Below are positions 1 through 9,229 of a stretch of 64,000 bases of DNA, one piece after another. Source of the stretch: an uncultured virus (IMG/VR IMGVR_UViG_3300031420_000005) (taxonomy: Duplodnaviria; Heunggongvirae; Uroviricota; Caudoviricetes); IMG/VR virus record IMGVR_UViG_3300031420_000005. One strand, given 5' to 3'. The notes under the pieces are model-generated. The model ran no database searches. It had not been told where the DNA came from and saw only the letters and a program-made list of their open reading frames with translations. Positions within the stretch are counted from its first letter, which is position 1; each line of letters opens with the position of its first letter. Made by a program: the position numbers and the translations under genes.

Positions 1-587
1 GGTTCGAGCTCTCCGGCGGCTGTCCAGAGCTCTTCGGGTTCGGTGTGGGAGAGGAAGACTTCCTGGAAGTGCTGATCTTCGCTCTGGAACCGCTGAAGGA
101 GCCCGGTTGGGATCGCGACCATGGTGAGGCTGTCGGCATCTGAGATCTGCTCCTGTGGGCTCTCCGTGGTGAGCCCGATGGAGACCTCGGTGCTTCGCTC
201 GTCGAGGTAGGGGGTCTCGCCTTCGAGGCCGGGGTGGAGCACGGTGAGGGGGTAGCGCAGGCCTGCGAGCCCGGGGTACTGTTTCTCTCCGCTGATCCCG
301 TAGAGCCGGAGCGCGTCGGTGTCCCAGCGGCCCTCGTTCTCGAGCTCTTCCTCGAGGCCGGTGGGCTGCTCGAGGCCGCGGGGCTGGTTCTCGGTGGCGT
401 AGGGGTGGCTGGTGAAGGCGTCCCAGCGGGATTCGCCGGCGAGCTCACAGGCTGCCAGGAGGTAGGGCGTGGTGCCGTCGAAGGCTGCTGCCTCTCCGTA
501 GCCTCGATCTTCGAGTTCGAGGAGGAGTCCGTCGAGCTGGTCCCGATTCCGGACGATGGTGGTCCTGGTGGCTGCGGCTTCGGCCAT
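1..587 (-). CDS. hypothetical protein, 3'-truncated by window edge (MAEAAATRTTIVRNRDQL...)
   Basis: Open frame from ATG at 587 to position 1 with host-like GC3 codons; follows the 596-964 gene. Confidence 0.7.
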   Translation of the reverse strand, partial: MAEAAATRTTIVRNRDQLDGLLLELEDRGYGEAAAFDGTTPYLLAACELAGESRWDAFTSHPYATENQPRGLEQPTGLEEELENEGRWDTDALRLYGISGEKQYPGLAGLRYPLTVLHPGLEGETPYLDERSTEVSIGLTTESPQEQISDADSLTMVAIPTGLLQRFQSEDQHFQEVFLSHTEPEELWTAAGELE

Positions 588-595
588 GGGTTCTC

Positions 596-964
596 TCACT
601 TCCAGAGCGGGTTGTCGATGGCCACGAGCTCCTCGTAGCTCTTCTTGAAGATGTGGCGGTTCATGTCGATGAGGCTGCTCAGGGAGTCCTCGAAGTGGCC
701 GAGGCTACCCCGGCAGAGGGTGAGGAACTCGATGTGGTCCTCCAGGGAGATCTTTCCCTCGAGGACTTGAACTGCGATGCTGTTGTAGATCGGGAGGTTG
801 TGGCTGTCGTGGATCTTGAGGAGCTCGCCGACGATGTAGTCTACGACTCCGTTGCCCACGAAGCGCTGCACGCCGTCGTAGAGTGCCGTGGGATAGACCT
901 TCCCGTTGATGGTGACTGGGATGAGCTCGAGACTTTCGGCCTGTGCGATGTTGTTGGTGCTCAT
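596..964 (-). CDS. hypothetical protein
   Basis: ORF with typical codon usage, coupled to 961-1221. Confidence 0.75.
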   Translation of the reverse strand: MSTNNIAQAESLELIPVTINGKVYPTALYDGVQRFVGNGVVDYIVGELLKIHDSHNLPIYNSIAVQVLEGKISLEDHIEFLTLCRGSLGHFEDSLSSLIDMNRHIFKKSYEELVAIDNPLWK

Positions 965-1221
965 CGGAGCGCCTCCTGTCGGAGTTCGGCCGGGGTCTTC
1001 AGCTGGTCACTGGCTTCCTTTGCTGCCCTGGCTGCCGTCGCACTGTGGGGGAACTGCCGGGCGGTGATGGCCCGGAGCCTGGCGAAGTCCTCATCGATTC
1101 CCCGGTTGATCTTCCGGGTCGTGCGAACCCAGATCGCGGCCAGGATGGTGAAGCCCGTTCCCAGGAAGGCCAGCACTGCGGGAAAGGCCCAGCCGGGGTC
1201 GGTGACTGAGAGGAGGTCCAT
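961..1221 (-). CDS. small membrane protein
   Basis: One N-terminal hydrophobic helix; ATGA overlap with next gene. Confidence 0.7.
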   Translation of the reverse strand: MDLLSVTDPGWAFPAVLAFLGTGFTILAAIWVRTTRKINRGIDEDFARLRAITARQFPHSATAARAAKEASDQLKTPAELRQEALR

Positions 1222-1258
1222 GGGTGGCTACTGCTTTCTGCGAAGTTGGAGCTGCGGT

Positions 1259-1438
1259 CTAGAGGTCGACGCCCCGGCTGCGGGCCTCGTCCTGGAGTGC
1301 TCGGAGGCGGACTGCGGTCCCTGCTGAGACCATGGCAGCGCCGGGGCCAGCCTTGGTGAGTCCCTGGAGCTTCCGCTCGAAGAGAGTGATCTTGCCGAGG
1401 AGCTCGGCCTCGGTGAGGGATTCGGTGGAAGTTGCCAT
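1259..1438 (-). CDS. hypothetical protein (MATSTESLTEAELL...)
   Basis: Internal ATG preceded by AGGA; protein-like composition from there. Confidence 0.6.
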   Translation of the reverse strand: MATSTESLTEAELLGKITLFERKLQGLTKAGPGAAMVSAGTAVRLRALQDEARSRGVDL

Positions 1439-1472
1439 CGGTCTGTTTCCTGTCGGTGAGGTCGCTGCGATC

Positions 1473-1796
1473 TCAGGGGAGCCGGGCGAGGAGCCGAGCG
1501 TCCTGGAGGGCGATCTCGAGGCCGGACTTCTCGTCGGAGGGAACCAGGGGAAGGAGCTCAGCCATCTCCATGGCGGCGGTGGTGGGCGAGATGGCCGTCT
1601 TGGCGAGGTTGAGCCCTGCCTCGATGCCCCGGATCTTGGCCTTGAGCCGGTCCTGCTCCGTGGTGGAGCGCTCGGGGAACTCGATGAGCGTGCCGAGGAT
1701 CCCGATCTTCCCCTCCAGGGTGTCGATGAGGTCCTGGAGGTTCTCCTGGGCTCGCGCTGCGAGGGCGTCCCGGTGGGCATGGATGTCTGTGGTCAT
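1473..1796 (-). CDS. hypothetical coiled-coil protein
   Basis: Start fixed by TTGTGG-17-TAGGAT leaderless promoter. Confidence 0.7.
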   Translation of the reverse strand: MTTDIHAHRDALAARAQENLQDLIDTLEGKIGILGTLIEFPERSTTEQDRLKAKIRGIEAGLNLAKTAISPTTAAMEMAELLPLVPSDEKSGLEIALQDARLLARLP

Positions 1797-1838
1797 GGTG
1801 CTCATCCTATACCATGATCCTGGAATCCACAACGGCAA

Positions 1839-1871
1839 AGCCGGGAGTCTCCACTGAGGAAGACTCCCGGC
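1839..1871. terminator. GC-rich hairpin, probable intrinsic terminator
   Basis: GCCGGGAGTCT...AGACTCCCGGC inverted repeat downstream of 1902-2240. Confidence 0.55.
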
Positions 1872-1901
1872 TCTGCTAGGGTCGAGGGAAGCTGCTACCG
1901 G

Positions 1902-2240
1902 TCAGCCGAGTTCGATCTCGTAGCTGTCGATGAGCTCCCGGGCCTGGTCCTCGTCTCCGCCGCAGTAGGCGGTGCAGAACTCGAGGACCTCCGCGGTCTC
2001 CAGGGAGATCGTGGCGAGGATCGGAGCACCGTACATGCTGCCACGGTTGTTCCGTTCTGCCTTCAGGAGCTCGGTGGACTTCGGGTAGGCGCCCTCCTCG
2101 ATGCACTCTCGGATGGAGCTGCGGATGCCCTCTTCGAGCTCCTCGATGGTGTCGGCATAGGCGAGTTCGCCCTCGAAGTCGGGCCAGTCGAGCTTCTCGA
2201 GGGTGGTGCGGCCTTCGGTGGTCTCTGCGGGAGCGTTCAT
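1902..2240 (-). CDS. hypothetical acidic protein
   Basis: ORF with own leaderless promoter. Confidence 0.8.
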   Translation of the reverse strand: MNAPAETTEGRTTLEKLDWPDFEGELAYADTIEELEEGIRSSIRECIEEGAYPKSTELLKAERNNRGSMYGAPILATISLETAEVLEFCTAYCGGDEDQARELIDSYEIELG

Positions 2241-2275
2241 GGTTCTATTCTATGTGGTGAGCGCAGTCCTGTCAA
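2241..2275 (-). promoter_or_regulatory. sigmaA-type leaderless promoter
   Basis: TTGACA-17-TAGAAT-6nt-ATG. Confidence 0.8.
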
Positions 2276-2354
2276 TGGGCTCGACGAATCTCGACGCCTT
2301 CCGAAGGCTGCGGGAAGCGATCCTTCGAGCCATCCGGAGGGCCTCGGCTGAAGC

Positions 2355-3107
2355 TCAGTGGTGGTAGTCGAAGGCCACGAGGTAGCCGTGGACCTTGGCG
2401 TTGGCCTTGGGCTTCTCGGTGGTGACCTTGAAGGAGGCGGTGGCGCTCTCGGGCTCGGGTCGGCTGATGGTGACCAGGGCGGTGCTGCCGGTGTCCCGCT
2501 GGATGAAGGCCTCCACCGCGAGGCTGGAGACCTGAGGGTTGTTGTTCATGTGCTCCACGGCTGCAGCCCGGGCTGCTGCCTGGCTGGGGTAGGGCATGCT
2601 CAGGGTGCTGTGCTCCTCCTGACCCCAGGGCTTCTCGAAGGGCCGGCCCCGGTGATCGGTGATTCGGTAGCTCGTCACTGCCTTGCCGGGGGTGGCTTCG
2701 GCCCGGGGTGCTCGCAGCTTGGGGAGGCTGTCGATCTCGATCTTCACGGCATCCTCGCCGAAGCGGCCCGCGTCGAGGAGCTCCCAGATGGAGTTCCGGC
2801 GGAGCTCCTTGAGCTCCTTGGCCGTGACCTGGAGCCGGAGGGTGGTGGTCTTCTCGGCGTAGTCGTCGGTGAGGGGGATGATCTTGGAGACACCGTCGCT
2901 GATGGTGCCGGCCTTGTAGATGGCGCGTTCTGCCGTCTCCCGGCTCATCAGGGGACTGAAGCCCGGGGAGCCTGCCCGGGCGTCGGACCAGCGCTCGGCC
3001 TCCTCATCATGCCACTTGGAGATCGCCGCGCCCATGACGCTGGAGGCGGTGACCTTCTCGGGGAGTTCGTCGAGGCTGAGGTGGATGATTGCGGTTGCGT
3101 GGCCCAT
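2355..3107 (-). CDS. hypothetical protein
   Basis: 250-aa ORF with own leaderless promoter. Confidence 0.85.
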   Translation of the reverse strand: MGHATAIIHLSLDELPEKVTASSVMGAAISKWHDEEAERWSDARAGSPGFSPLMSRETAERAIYKAGTISDGVSKIIPLTDDYAEKTTTLRLQVTAKELKELRRNSIWELLDAGRFGEDAVKIEIDSLPKLRAPRAEATPGKAVTSYRITDHRGRPFEKPWGQEEHSTLSMPYPSQAAARAAAVEHMNNNPQVSSLAVEAFIQRDTGSTALVTISRPEPESATASFKVTTEKPKANAKVHGYLVAFDYHH

Positions 3108-3142
3108 GGAATGATCCTATGTGGCTAGGGCTTTCCTGTCAA
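3108..3142 (-). promoter_or_regulatory. sigmaA-type leaderless promoter
   Basis: TTGACA-17-TAGGAT-6nt-ATG. Confidence 0.8.
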
Positions 3143-3297
3143 CAGCTGTCGCCGGTTGTCGAAAGAGGGAGGCTCCGGAGGAACGCTGTGAATCCTCCAA
3201 GGCCTCCCTGAGGCCGATCTTTCCGGGATGGCGCAACCCGACGGGAGAGCCGCAAGCGGCGCTCTCGCGGGCTCCCAGGGCCTTCCCGAGGGAACTC

Positions 3298-3627
3298 TCA
3301 GCCGGCGATGGTGACGCGCTTCACGAAGAGGGCGCTCTCGTCGAGGTAGTCCTCTCCGTAAGCGTTGGTCCGGTACCTGAAGTAGCCCTGAACCTCAACG
3401 GGGACGGCGACTCCCGCGATCTGAGCACCGATGAAGCTCTTCAGCTCGTCCTCCTCGGTTTGCTCTCCGAAGAAGAGACGGCGGGGGCCGTCGGCATCCG
3501 GGTCGGCGTAGCGAAGGCCGCCCTGGTACTGGGTCTCCGGGGTGATGATGCTGCAGCGCATCATGGAACGCATGGTGCCCCGGTAGACCTCGGAGGGGAC
3601 GGTAGCGGTGTTCTCGGACTCGGCCAT
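3298..3627 (-). CDS. hypothetical protein (MAESENTATV...)
   Basis: CCCATG start, typical codon usage. Confidence 0.7.
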   Translation of the reverse strand: MAESENTATVPSEVYRGTMRSMMRCSIITPETQYQGGLRYADPDADGPRRLFFGEQTEEDELKSFIGAQIAGVAVPVEVQGYFRYRTNAYGEDYLDESALFVKRVTIAG

Positions 3628-3695
3628 GGGATACTCGATTCTGAAGGAATGAAATGTGGAAAGGACTGGAGGACTGCTGCGGTGACTCTCTGCGG

Positions 3696-4553
3696 TCAGC
3701 GGGCGGACTTGAGCCCGCGGAGCTCCTCGATCCAGAGGAAGCCCTCGCCGGTGCACTGGACACGACCCTTGGCGAAGCGTTCGCCGCAGTCGTAGCTGAA
3801 CTCCTGAGCGATCCCCTCGATGAACCCTGGAATGTGGAGCTTCTTGCCCCCGGTGAAGATCGTGGCGAGGAGGTCGCCGAAGTCCCGGCGCAGGGTGCGC
3901 TCGTCGAGGCCCTGGGGGCTGAATTCCCGGCGGATGGTGGCTGCTGCGACGCGGCCTCGCTGCTCGGAGTTCAAGGCGCTCCAGAGGAAGCCCGGGATCG
4001 AGTAGAAGTGGTCATAGCCCCGGCTGGAGACCTCGTAGCCCTCGGCGAGGAAGCGCTGGCACACGGAGTCGAAGAAGTCCTTGGGCTGTCGGTGCGGGTT
4101 GAAGTTGAAGGCCAGGGAAGCGTTCTGCTGCACCGTGGTGTTGCCGAGGGCCACCGTGAAGTCGGCGATCTGCTCGGGGGCGAGCTCTCCGTGTTCGAGG
4201 ATCTCCATGAGCCCGAAGAGCGCGACGGTCTGGAGCTCGTAGTGGAGCCGAGCCACCCAGGTGTAGGTCGAGCTGAGGTAGGCGCCGCCGTCGGAGCCCT
4301 CGTAGCTGTACTCGACGGGCTTCTCGTTCATCTGCTCGTAGTCGATGAAGTGCTCGAGCTTGGAGCGGATGGCGGTCGCGAGCACGGGGTTGTGGACCTC
4401 GATGCTCTCCATGGCGCCTTCGATGAGCCCCAGGTTCTTCAGGGCGGAGACCTGCTCCTTGATGATCTGCGGGTCGCTGTAGTGCATCATCATGCCGTCG
4501 GTAGCGATCTCTCGGACCGAGGGACGCTTCGAGGCAGTGGCGAGCTGTTCCAT
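3696..4553 (-). CDS. hypothetical protein (MEQLATASKR...)
   Basis: GGAG RBS; CACCAC-rich leader behind a TTGCGA promoter. Confidence 0.8.
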   Translation of the reverse strand: MEQLATASKRPSVREIATDGMMMHYSDPQIIKEQVSALKNLGLIEGAMESIEVHNPVLATAIRSKLEHFIDYEQMNEKPVEYSYEGSDGGAYLSSTYTWVARLHYELQTVALFGLMEILEHGELAPEQIADFTVALGNTTVQQNASLAFNFNPHRQPKDFFDSVCQRFLAEGYEVSSRGYDHFYSIPGFLWSALNSEQRGRVAAATIRREFSPQGLDERTLRRDFGDLLATIFTGGKKLHIPGFIEGIAQEFSYDCGERFAKGRVQCTGEGFLWIEELRGLKSAR

Positions 4554-4725
4554 GGGAGCTACTCCAGAAGAATGGGTGGTGCGTGGTGTGGTGTGCGAGT
4601 TCAACTATACACGGATGAAGCGGATTCGCAACGGCCAATCGTAGTCAGTGGAGCTCCTAAAATGGGCAACGCCCCCGCCGGCAGTGGCCACGGCGGGGGC
4701 GAAGCGATCTGGGGAGGAGCGGTGC

Positions 4726-4974
4726 TCAGCTCCGGTGCTGGACCAGGGCGGGGTTGGCGAAGGCCCGCCGGGTGGTCCGGTGCTTGGTGGTCTCACCGTT
4801 GGCCTGGAGGATGCTGTACCAGACGGTGCTCCCGGTGAAGCCGTCCACGATGGCCTCTCGACCGGCGATGGTGTAGAGGCCGTCGACCTCGGGGAGGGTG
4901 ATGCCGTCGGTGGAGCCCACGGGAGTCGGCACGGTGGAGACGGGGGCGGTGGTCTCGAGCTGCGTGGTGGTCAT
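4726..4974 (-). CDS. hypothetical protein
   Basis: Own promoter TTGACA(5004-5009)-17-TAGGAT; downstream hairpin 4671-4700. Confidence 0.75.
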   Translation of the reverse strand: MTTTQLETTAPVSTVPTPVGSTDGITLPEVDGLYTIAGREAIVDGFTGSTVWYSILQANGETTKHRTTRRAFANPALVQHRS

Positions 4975-5034
4975 GGAAGAATCCTATGCTCGGTGAGGTA
5001 GCCTGTCAACGGTCAGTTTCCGACAGTCTGGATC

Positions 5035-5400
5035 TCAGTCCTCGTCCTCGCTCAGGGTGAGGTAGTCCTGGAGCCGACCGATGTGGTAGGGGTGGGGACG
5101 GCCCGAGGGATCCTTCTCGTAGCTGGCCACGACCTCGGAGAGCTGAGCGTGGAGCTCGCCGTTCTCCTCTGCGACGATGGCGGGGAGCTCGTCGGCCTCG
5201 GGCTCGTAGCTCGTCCGGGAGTCCCGCACGGACTGCTCGTGGGCCTCGATGGCGGAGAGGATCTCGTCGCTGAGCGGGTGGAACTTGTCGCCCTGGTTCT
5301 CAGCGTAGAGCCGCACGGCTGTGAGCGACTCCTCGGTGCGCTCAGCCTGGGCGAGCTCCTGGGCGAGGATCCGGTCGATGGTCTGGTCGCTGGTGTCCAT
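5035..5400 (-). CDS. hypothetical protein
   Basis: TTGTGA-17-TAGCGT leaderless promoter. Confidence 0.75.
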   Translation of the reverse strand: MDTSDQTIDRILAQELAQAERTEESLTAVRLYAENQGDKFHPLSDEILSAIEAHEQSVRDSRTSYEPEADELPAIVAEENGELHAQLSEVVASYEKDPSGRPHPYHIGRLQDYLTLSEDED

Positions 5401-5530
5401 GGAGCCAACGCTACACCGAAGTGCTTCCGATCACAACCCTCGGAAGGGAATTGTGGCTTCAGCCACGCGAAGAGCCGGACCGCCACGAATGGATCGGTCC
5501 GGCCCTTCGGCGCTCGGCTAGGCCTTGGGT

Positions 5531-6433
5531 TCAGGCTGCAACCAGCTCCGACTCGGACTCCTTGACGATCTCGGAGATCCCACCGAGCACGGCGATGGGG
5601 CCCAGGACGACCCGGTAGGCGATGAGCCTGGGGCCGTAGAAGTTGCGCTGGGTAGTGCGCTGGAGGATTCCCCAGGTCGTGAGCTTGGTGGCGATGTCGG
5701 TGGCGCTGGAGATCGAGCAGCCGAACTTCTCGGCGATGTCGGATCGGGTCCAGGTACGATCGGGTCCCCAGGTTCCGTCGATGAGCTCTTGGATCTGGCC
5801 GGGGAGCTTGCCCCCGGCGCGCTTCTGAAGCTCGCTCCGGTGGTCGACGAGGCGAGCGAGGTCCTCGGTGAAGTTCTCCACTGCGCTGCCATCTGTCTCC
5901 AGGGATGCGATCAGATCATCTCCCCCGAGAGCCTCCATGGCCTGTTCTCGGAGTCCGTCGAAGATCCTGTCGCCGAGGTCGGTGAGCTCCAGGGAGCTGT
6001 GCAGGGAGACATTCTTGCGGCCACCCCAGGTCGTCGTCTCGACCTTCCAGAGGATGCCCGAAGTGTGGATCTTCTCGACGCCATCCACGAACTGCACATC
6101 GGTGCGGTGGGTGGCGTTGAGCACGCCGTGGCGAGCAAGGAGCTGAAGGATCCTCTGGATCTCTTCCTCGCTGTACTTGCCTTCGAGCTTCGTGGTGGGA
6201 TCGGGACCCCAGATGCTCGGGGACTTGGCCTCCAGGATGGCGCTCAGGAAGAACTCGAGATCCTCACCGCTCACGCCGGTGACCGGAGAGGAGAAGCTCT
6301 GGTTGCTGATGCGCTGAGCCTTTTCCAGGGTGGAGGTAGCCTCTCGCTCGCTGTCGAAGTGACTCTTGGCAGGGCAGTGATCCCCGAAGCCGCAGGGTTC
6401 GAGCTTGAGCTCGGGGCCGAAGTGGTAGCGCAT
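5531..6433 (-). CDS. protein with N-terminal YH-x9-C-x5-CP-x3-HF metal-binding motif and C-terminal winged-HTH-like segment
   Basis: MRYHFGPELKLEPCGFGDHCPAKSHF; WTRSDIAEKFGCSISSATDIATKLTTWGIL resembles an HTH. Confidence 0.65.
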   Translation of the reverse strand: MRYHFGPELKLEPCGFGDHCPAKSHFDSEREATSTLEKAQRISNQSFSSPVTGVSGEDLEFFLSAILEAKSPSIWGPDPTTKLEGKYSEEEIQRILQLLARHGVLNATHRTDVQFVDGVEKIHTSGILWKVETTTWGGRKNVSLHSSLELTDLGDRIFDGLREQAMEALGGDDLIASLETDGSAVENFTEDLARLVDHRSELQKRAGGKLPGQIQELIDGTWGPDRTWTRSDIAEKFGCSISSATDIATKLTTWGILQRTTQRNFYGPRLIAYRVVLGPIAVLGGISEIVKESESELVAA

Positions 6434-6523
6434 GGGAAGTTCCCTCCGTAGCTGGACACTGTGCTTCTCCAACGCTACACGGAGGGAACTTCCCTGTCAA
6501 CCCCGTCAACCTTGCCGACCGGC

Positions 6524-6886
6524 TCAGTTCCCGTGGAGGAGGTCCAGCACATCCCTGTAGAGCGCCCAGAGCTCGTCCTGAAGCCTCTTGCTGTCCGCCG
6601 TGGGGGTCGCCGGGCAGCAGTTGTAGCCGGGCGCCCAGCCCTCGACGGGCTCGGGGCGCATGACCCGGTAGGCGAAGCAGCTGTCTCCAGCGATGCTTGC
6701 CCGGACCTGGAGCCGGTGGAGGCCCCGGTGGAGCATCTGACTGGCCTGGACTCGCGTCTCGGTGGGGCCTGTGAAGAGGGCTCCGCAGGCGCACTTCCAG
6801 GAGTACTCGGCCGAGCGGGTCAGGGTGATGGAGTCGCTGGGAGAGGTCGGAGGTGCGTCAGCCGGAGCGAGCGGGAGAGCGATCAT
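6524..6886 (-). CDS. hypothetical Cys/His-containing protein
   Basis: WKCACG...H motif; own TTGCGC promoter. Confidence 0.7.
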   Translation of the reverse strand: MIALPLAPADAPPTSPSDSITLTRSAEYSWKCACGALFTGPTETRVQASQMLHRGLHRLQVRASIAGDSCFAYRVMRPEPVEGWAPGYNCCPATPTADSKRLQDELWALYRDVLDLLHGN

Positions 6887-6924
6887 GGGGCAATCATATG
6901 CCTCCAGGGAAGCCCGCGCAACGG
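6883..6924 (-). promoter_or_regulatory. leaderless promoter, TTGCGC class; near-identical copy at 7258-7299
   Basis: TTGCGC-17-TATGAT-tgcccc-ATG. Confidence 0.75.
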
Positions 6925-6928
6925 CCTT

Positions 6929-7261
6929 CTAGCGCTGACCCGGAGCGTACTTCTTGCCGAGGCTGGGGAGCCCCGCGGAGCGAGCGTAGGTCAGCCGGCT
7001 GTTATCGAAGGTACTGTAGCCGCTCTCGCTGCGGGGAGCGACTTCCCACTGCGCCTTGGATCCATCCTGAGCGTAGCCGGAGACCGGACGACGGTGCTTC
7101 ACGCTGCGTCCTCGGTCATCTTTGAGGTAGCGGTACTCGTAGACCGGCTCGCTCAGAGCCTGCGCCTTGACGGCAAGCATCGAAGCTCGGTGCTCCCGCC
7201 GGCGAGCCCTCCACTCCACTGGGATGTAGCTGGGAGTCGAAGTGCTTTCAGCGGTGGTCAT
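6929..7261 (-). CDS. hypothetical basic protein
   Basis: Own TTGCGC promoter. Confidence 0.7.
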   Translation of the reverse strand: MTTAESTSTPSYIPVEWRARRREHRASMLAVKAQALSEPVYEYRYLKDDRGRSVKHRRPVSGYAQDGSKAQWEVAPRSESGYSTFDNSRLTYARSAGLPSLGKKYAPGQR

Positions 7262-7299
7262 GGGGCAATCATATGCCCCTATGGGAGCCCGCGCAACGG
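7258..7299 (-). promoter_or_regulatory. leaderless promoter, TTGCGC class; duplicate of 6883-6924
   Basis: TTGCGC-17-TATGAT-tgcccc-ATG. Confidence 0.75.
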
Positions 7300-7326
7300 T
7301 CAGGCGGCTTCCGTAGAGGAGCCTGA

Positions 7327-7638
7327 TCAGTGCCCCTCGAAGATCTCCACGGAGTGAGTGACTCGGACTCCCAGGGCGTGGGCGTAGCGGCGCACAGTGG
7401 CGAGCGTGACACCGCGCTGCTGGTTGCCCTCGAAGGCTCGGACGAAGTCCACGGAGATCCCCAGCCTCTGGGCAAGCTCTTCCTCGGTGATCCCCTGCTG
7501 GATGCGGGCACCCTTGAGGCTGCGGATGAGGTCGGTGTCGGCCAGGGCGAGCTCGTAGGCGAGGATCTCAGCCGGTGTGATCCCCTCGAGGAAGTTCTCC
7601 TCGGAGCTCCCGGCGGGGCTGTCTGCAGCTGTGCTCAT
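7327..7638 (-). CDS. XRE-family helix-turn-helix regulator
   Basis: LKGARIQQGITEEELAQRLGISVDFVRAFEGN...TLATVRRYAHALG. Confidence 0.85.
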   Translation of the reverse strand: MSTAADSPAGSSEENFLEGITPAEILAYELALADTDLIRSLKGARIQQGITEEELAQRLGISVDFVRAFEGNQQRGVTLATVRRYAHALGVRVTHSVEIFEGH

Positions 7639-7868
7639 GCGTCCAGGGCTTCCTCGATGTCGGCAGGGTAGAGGTGGGGAGCGTTCTCTCGCTCGGCGCG
7701 GGCGAGGGCCTCTCGGACGGCCTCTTCCCGGGCAGCTGCCCTGTCGAGTGCGTTGGCTGCCTTGTAGGTGAGCTCCCGGAGTTCGATGGGGTCGATGTCT
7801 ACGAGCTCGTCGGCTTCGGCCCAGATCTTCTTGGAGAGGGCGCGGAGCTCTTCTGTGTGGTTGGCCAT
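7635..7868 (-). CDS. hypothetical protein (MANHTEEL...)
   Basis: TTGCAG-17-TATCAT leaderless promoter; coupled to XRE gene. Confidence 0.7.
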   Translation of the reverse strand: MANHTEELRALSKKIWAEADELVDIDPIELRELTYKAANALDRAAAREEAVREALARAERENAPHLYPADIEEALDA

Positions 7869-8002
7869 CCGTCGATGATACATGATGGAGCCGATTCCTG
7901 CAACTGCGTCGGCATCCCTCAATGGAAAGAGGAGAGGCCCTCCCGATTGGGAAGACCTCTCTGTGGATTGAATGGCGGTGCTTCAGTGCACCTGTTCTTA
8001 GC

Positions 8003-8230
8003 TCAGGCGAAGACCGGTCGGATCGCGGCGTCCTCGTTCTCGATGAGCACGGCGAGGTCGGCCCGGGCCTGATCGGTGAGCTCGTGGACGGCGGCGTTGG
8101 TGTGGAGCTCCCGGAGGGTGGGGATCGCGGCGTCGGTGGGGTAGGCGGCGATCATCTTCCGGCGGAGGAGGAAGTGGATGCCCGTGGAGTTGCGGAGGTA
8201 GTTCTCGAGGTTGCTCATGTTCTCGGCCAT
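8003..8230 (-). CDS. hypothetical protein (MAENMSNLENYL...)
   Basis: AGGAG RBS; ACACCAC leader behind a TTGCGC promoter. Confidence 0.7.
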   Translation of the reverse strand: MAENMSNLENYLRNSTGIHFLLRRKMIAAYPTDAAIPTLRELHTNAAVHELTDQARADLAVLIENEDAAIRPVFA

Positions 8231-8540
8231 GGGATACTCCTGAAAGTTCTCGGCGATGCCTGTGGTGGAGGCGTCGTGTGGTGTTGGTTCCAACATATGC
8301 GGTCAGTGAGCGCAGCGCAACCCCTCTTCCGAGGGCTAAGAGCATCTTCTAGCCCTCACACGCTTTCATTGGGCTAAGGCTTCCGGTCAACCAGTTGACT
8401 CGGGCTTAGGAGTGTGCGACCATTGGGACTGTAGATCTGTGCTCAACTGGGTACTCACTCCGATTCCATCCGGACGGGTACCTCCGCTTGAGCCCCTCAA
8501 AGCTCCAGAGCGCTGCCTTCAATCAGAACAGGAACTCCCC

Positions 8541-9158
8541 ATGGACTTCATACCAGTCACCTACACCAAGGAACAGAAGCGTCGAGATCGAAGGGTCATG
8601 TCCGGCTTCATCGGAGGTGGCGCTGTGGGCATTGCTCAGCTTCCCGCACTCCTGGGGACGGGAGCTCTGTCCGTCAGCACGGGAGGTGGCCTTCCTTTCC
8701 TCCTATCTGTGGGAGTGACCATGTTCGGACTTGTGTCCATCATGCCTTTTTCCCTCATTCTTCAGGACGATTGGGCAGCCACGAGAGCGAAGGCTCGCAG
8801 TGAGCAGATTCGATCAGCGCTCAACGGGCACTACGGGCTGAGCCTCACTGAAGGCCAGTTCGAATCCCTCGGCTACCCAATGGATCATCCCGGTCCTGGC
8901 TTCCAGACCTTCGGCTCCATCAAGATCCAGGATCAGGTCGAGGGAGGCAACTTCCTGGAGCGTACGCTCTACCTCAACTCCACCGACGGCGATCTGGTTC
9001 TCTCCGAGTCCCGGGATGGAAAGCGCTTCAAGGAGCTCAAGCCCGCCCGACCAGCCCTCGAGGCTCCCAAGATCTCCTCCCGGGAGGTCCTGGAGGCTCC
9101 TGCCGCCACCGAGAGCCTCTCTTCGGCTCCCAGTGTGGCCCAGGGCGTCTCCGCCTAG
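8541..9158 (+). CDS. 2-TM membrane protein, paralog family A
   Basis: Two hydrophobic segments plus YGL...YP...F..FGS...RT.YL...LSES.DG..F C-domain shared with 12206, 30808, 31361, 31874. Confidence 0.8.
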   Translation: MDFIPVTYTKEQKRRDRRVMSGFIGGGAVGIAQLPALLGTGALSVSTGGGLPFLLSVGVTMFGLVSIMPFSLILQDDWAATRAKARSEQIRSALNGHYGLSLTEGQFESLGYPMDHPGPGFQTFGSIKIQDQVEGGNFLERTLYLNSTDGDLVLSESRDGKRFKELKPARPALEAPKISSREVLEAPAATESLSSAPSVAQGVSA

Positions 9159-9229
9159 AAGTCCACTCGGTATCGTAGCACAGCTCACAGCAGCGCTGCA
9201 CATCCCACAGATGAGGAAAGAGAAGTAGC

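Noticed and set aside
340..400. Suspected frameshift in the first minus-strand gene
   Set aside because: Recounting shows AAC CAG CCC CGC GGC stays in frame.
7327..7868. Toxin-antitoxin pair (XRE plus upstream small gene)
   Set aside because: The upstream protein is helical and acidic with no RelE/HigB-like motif.
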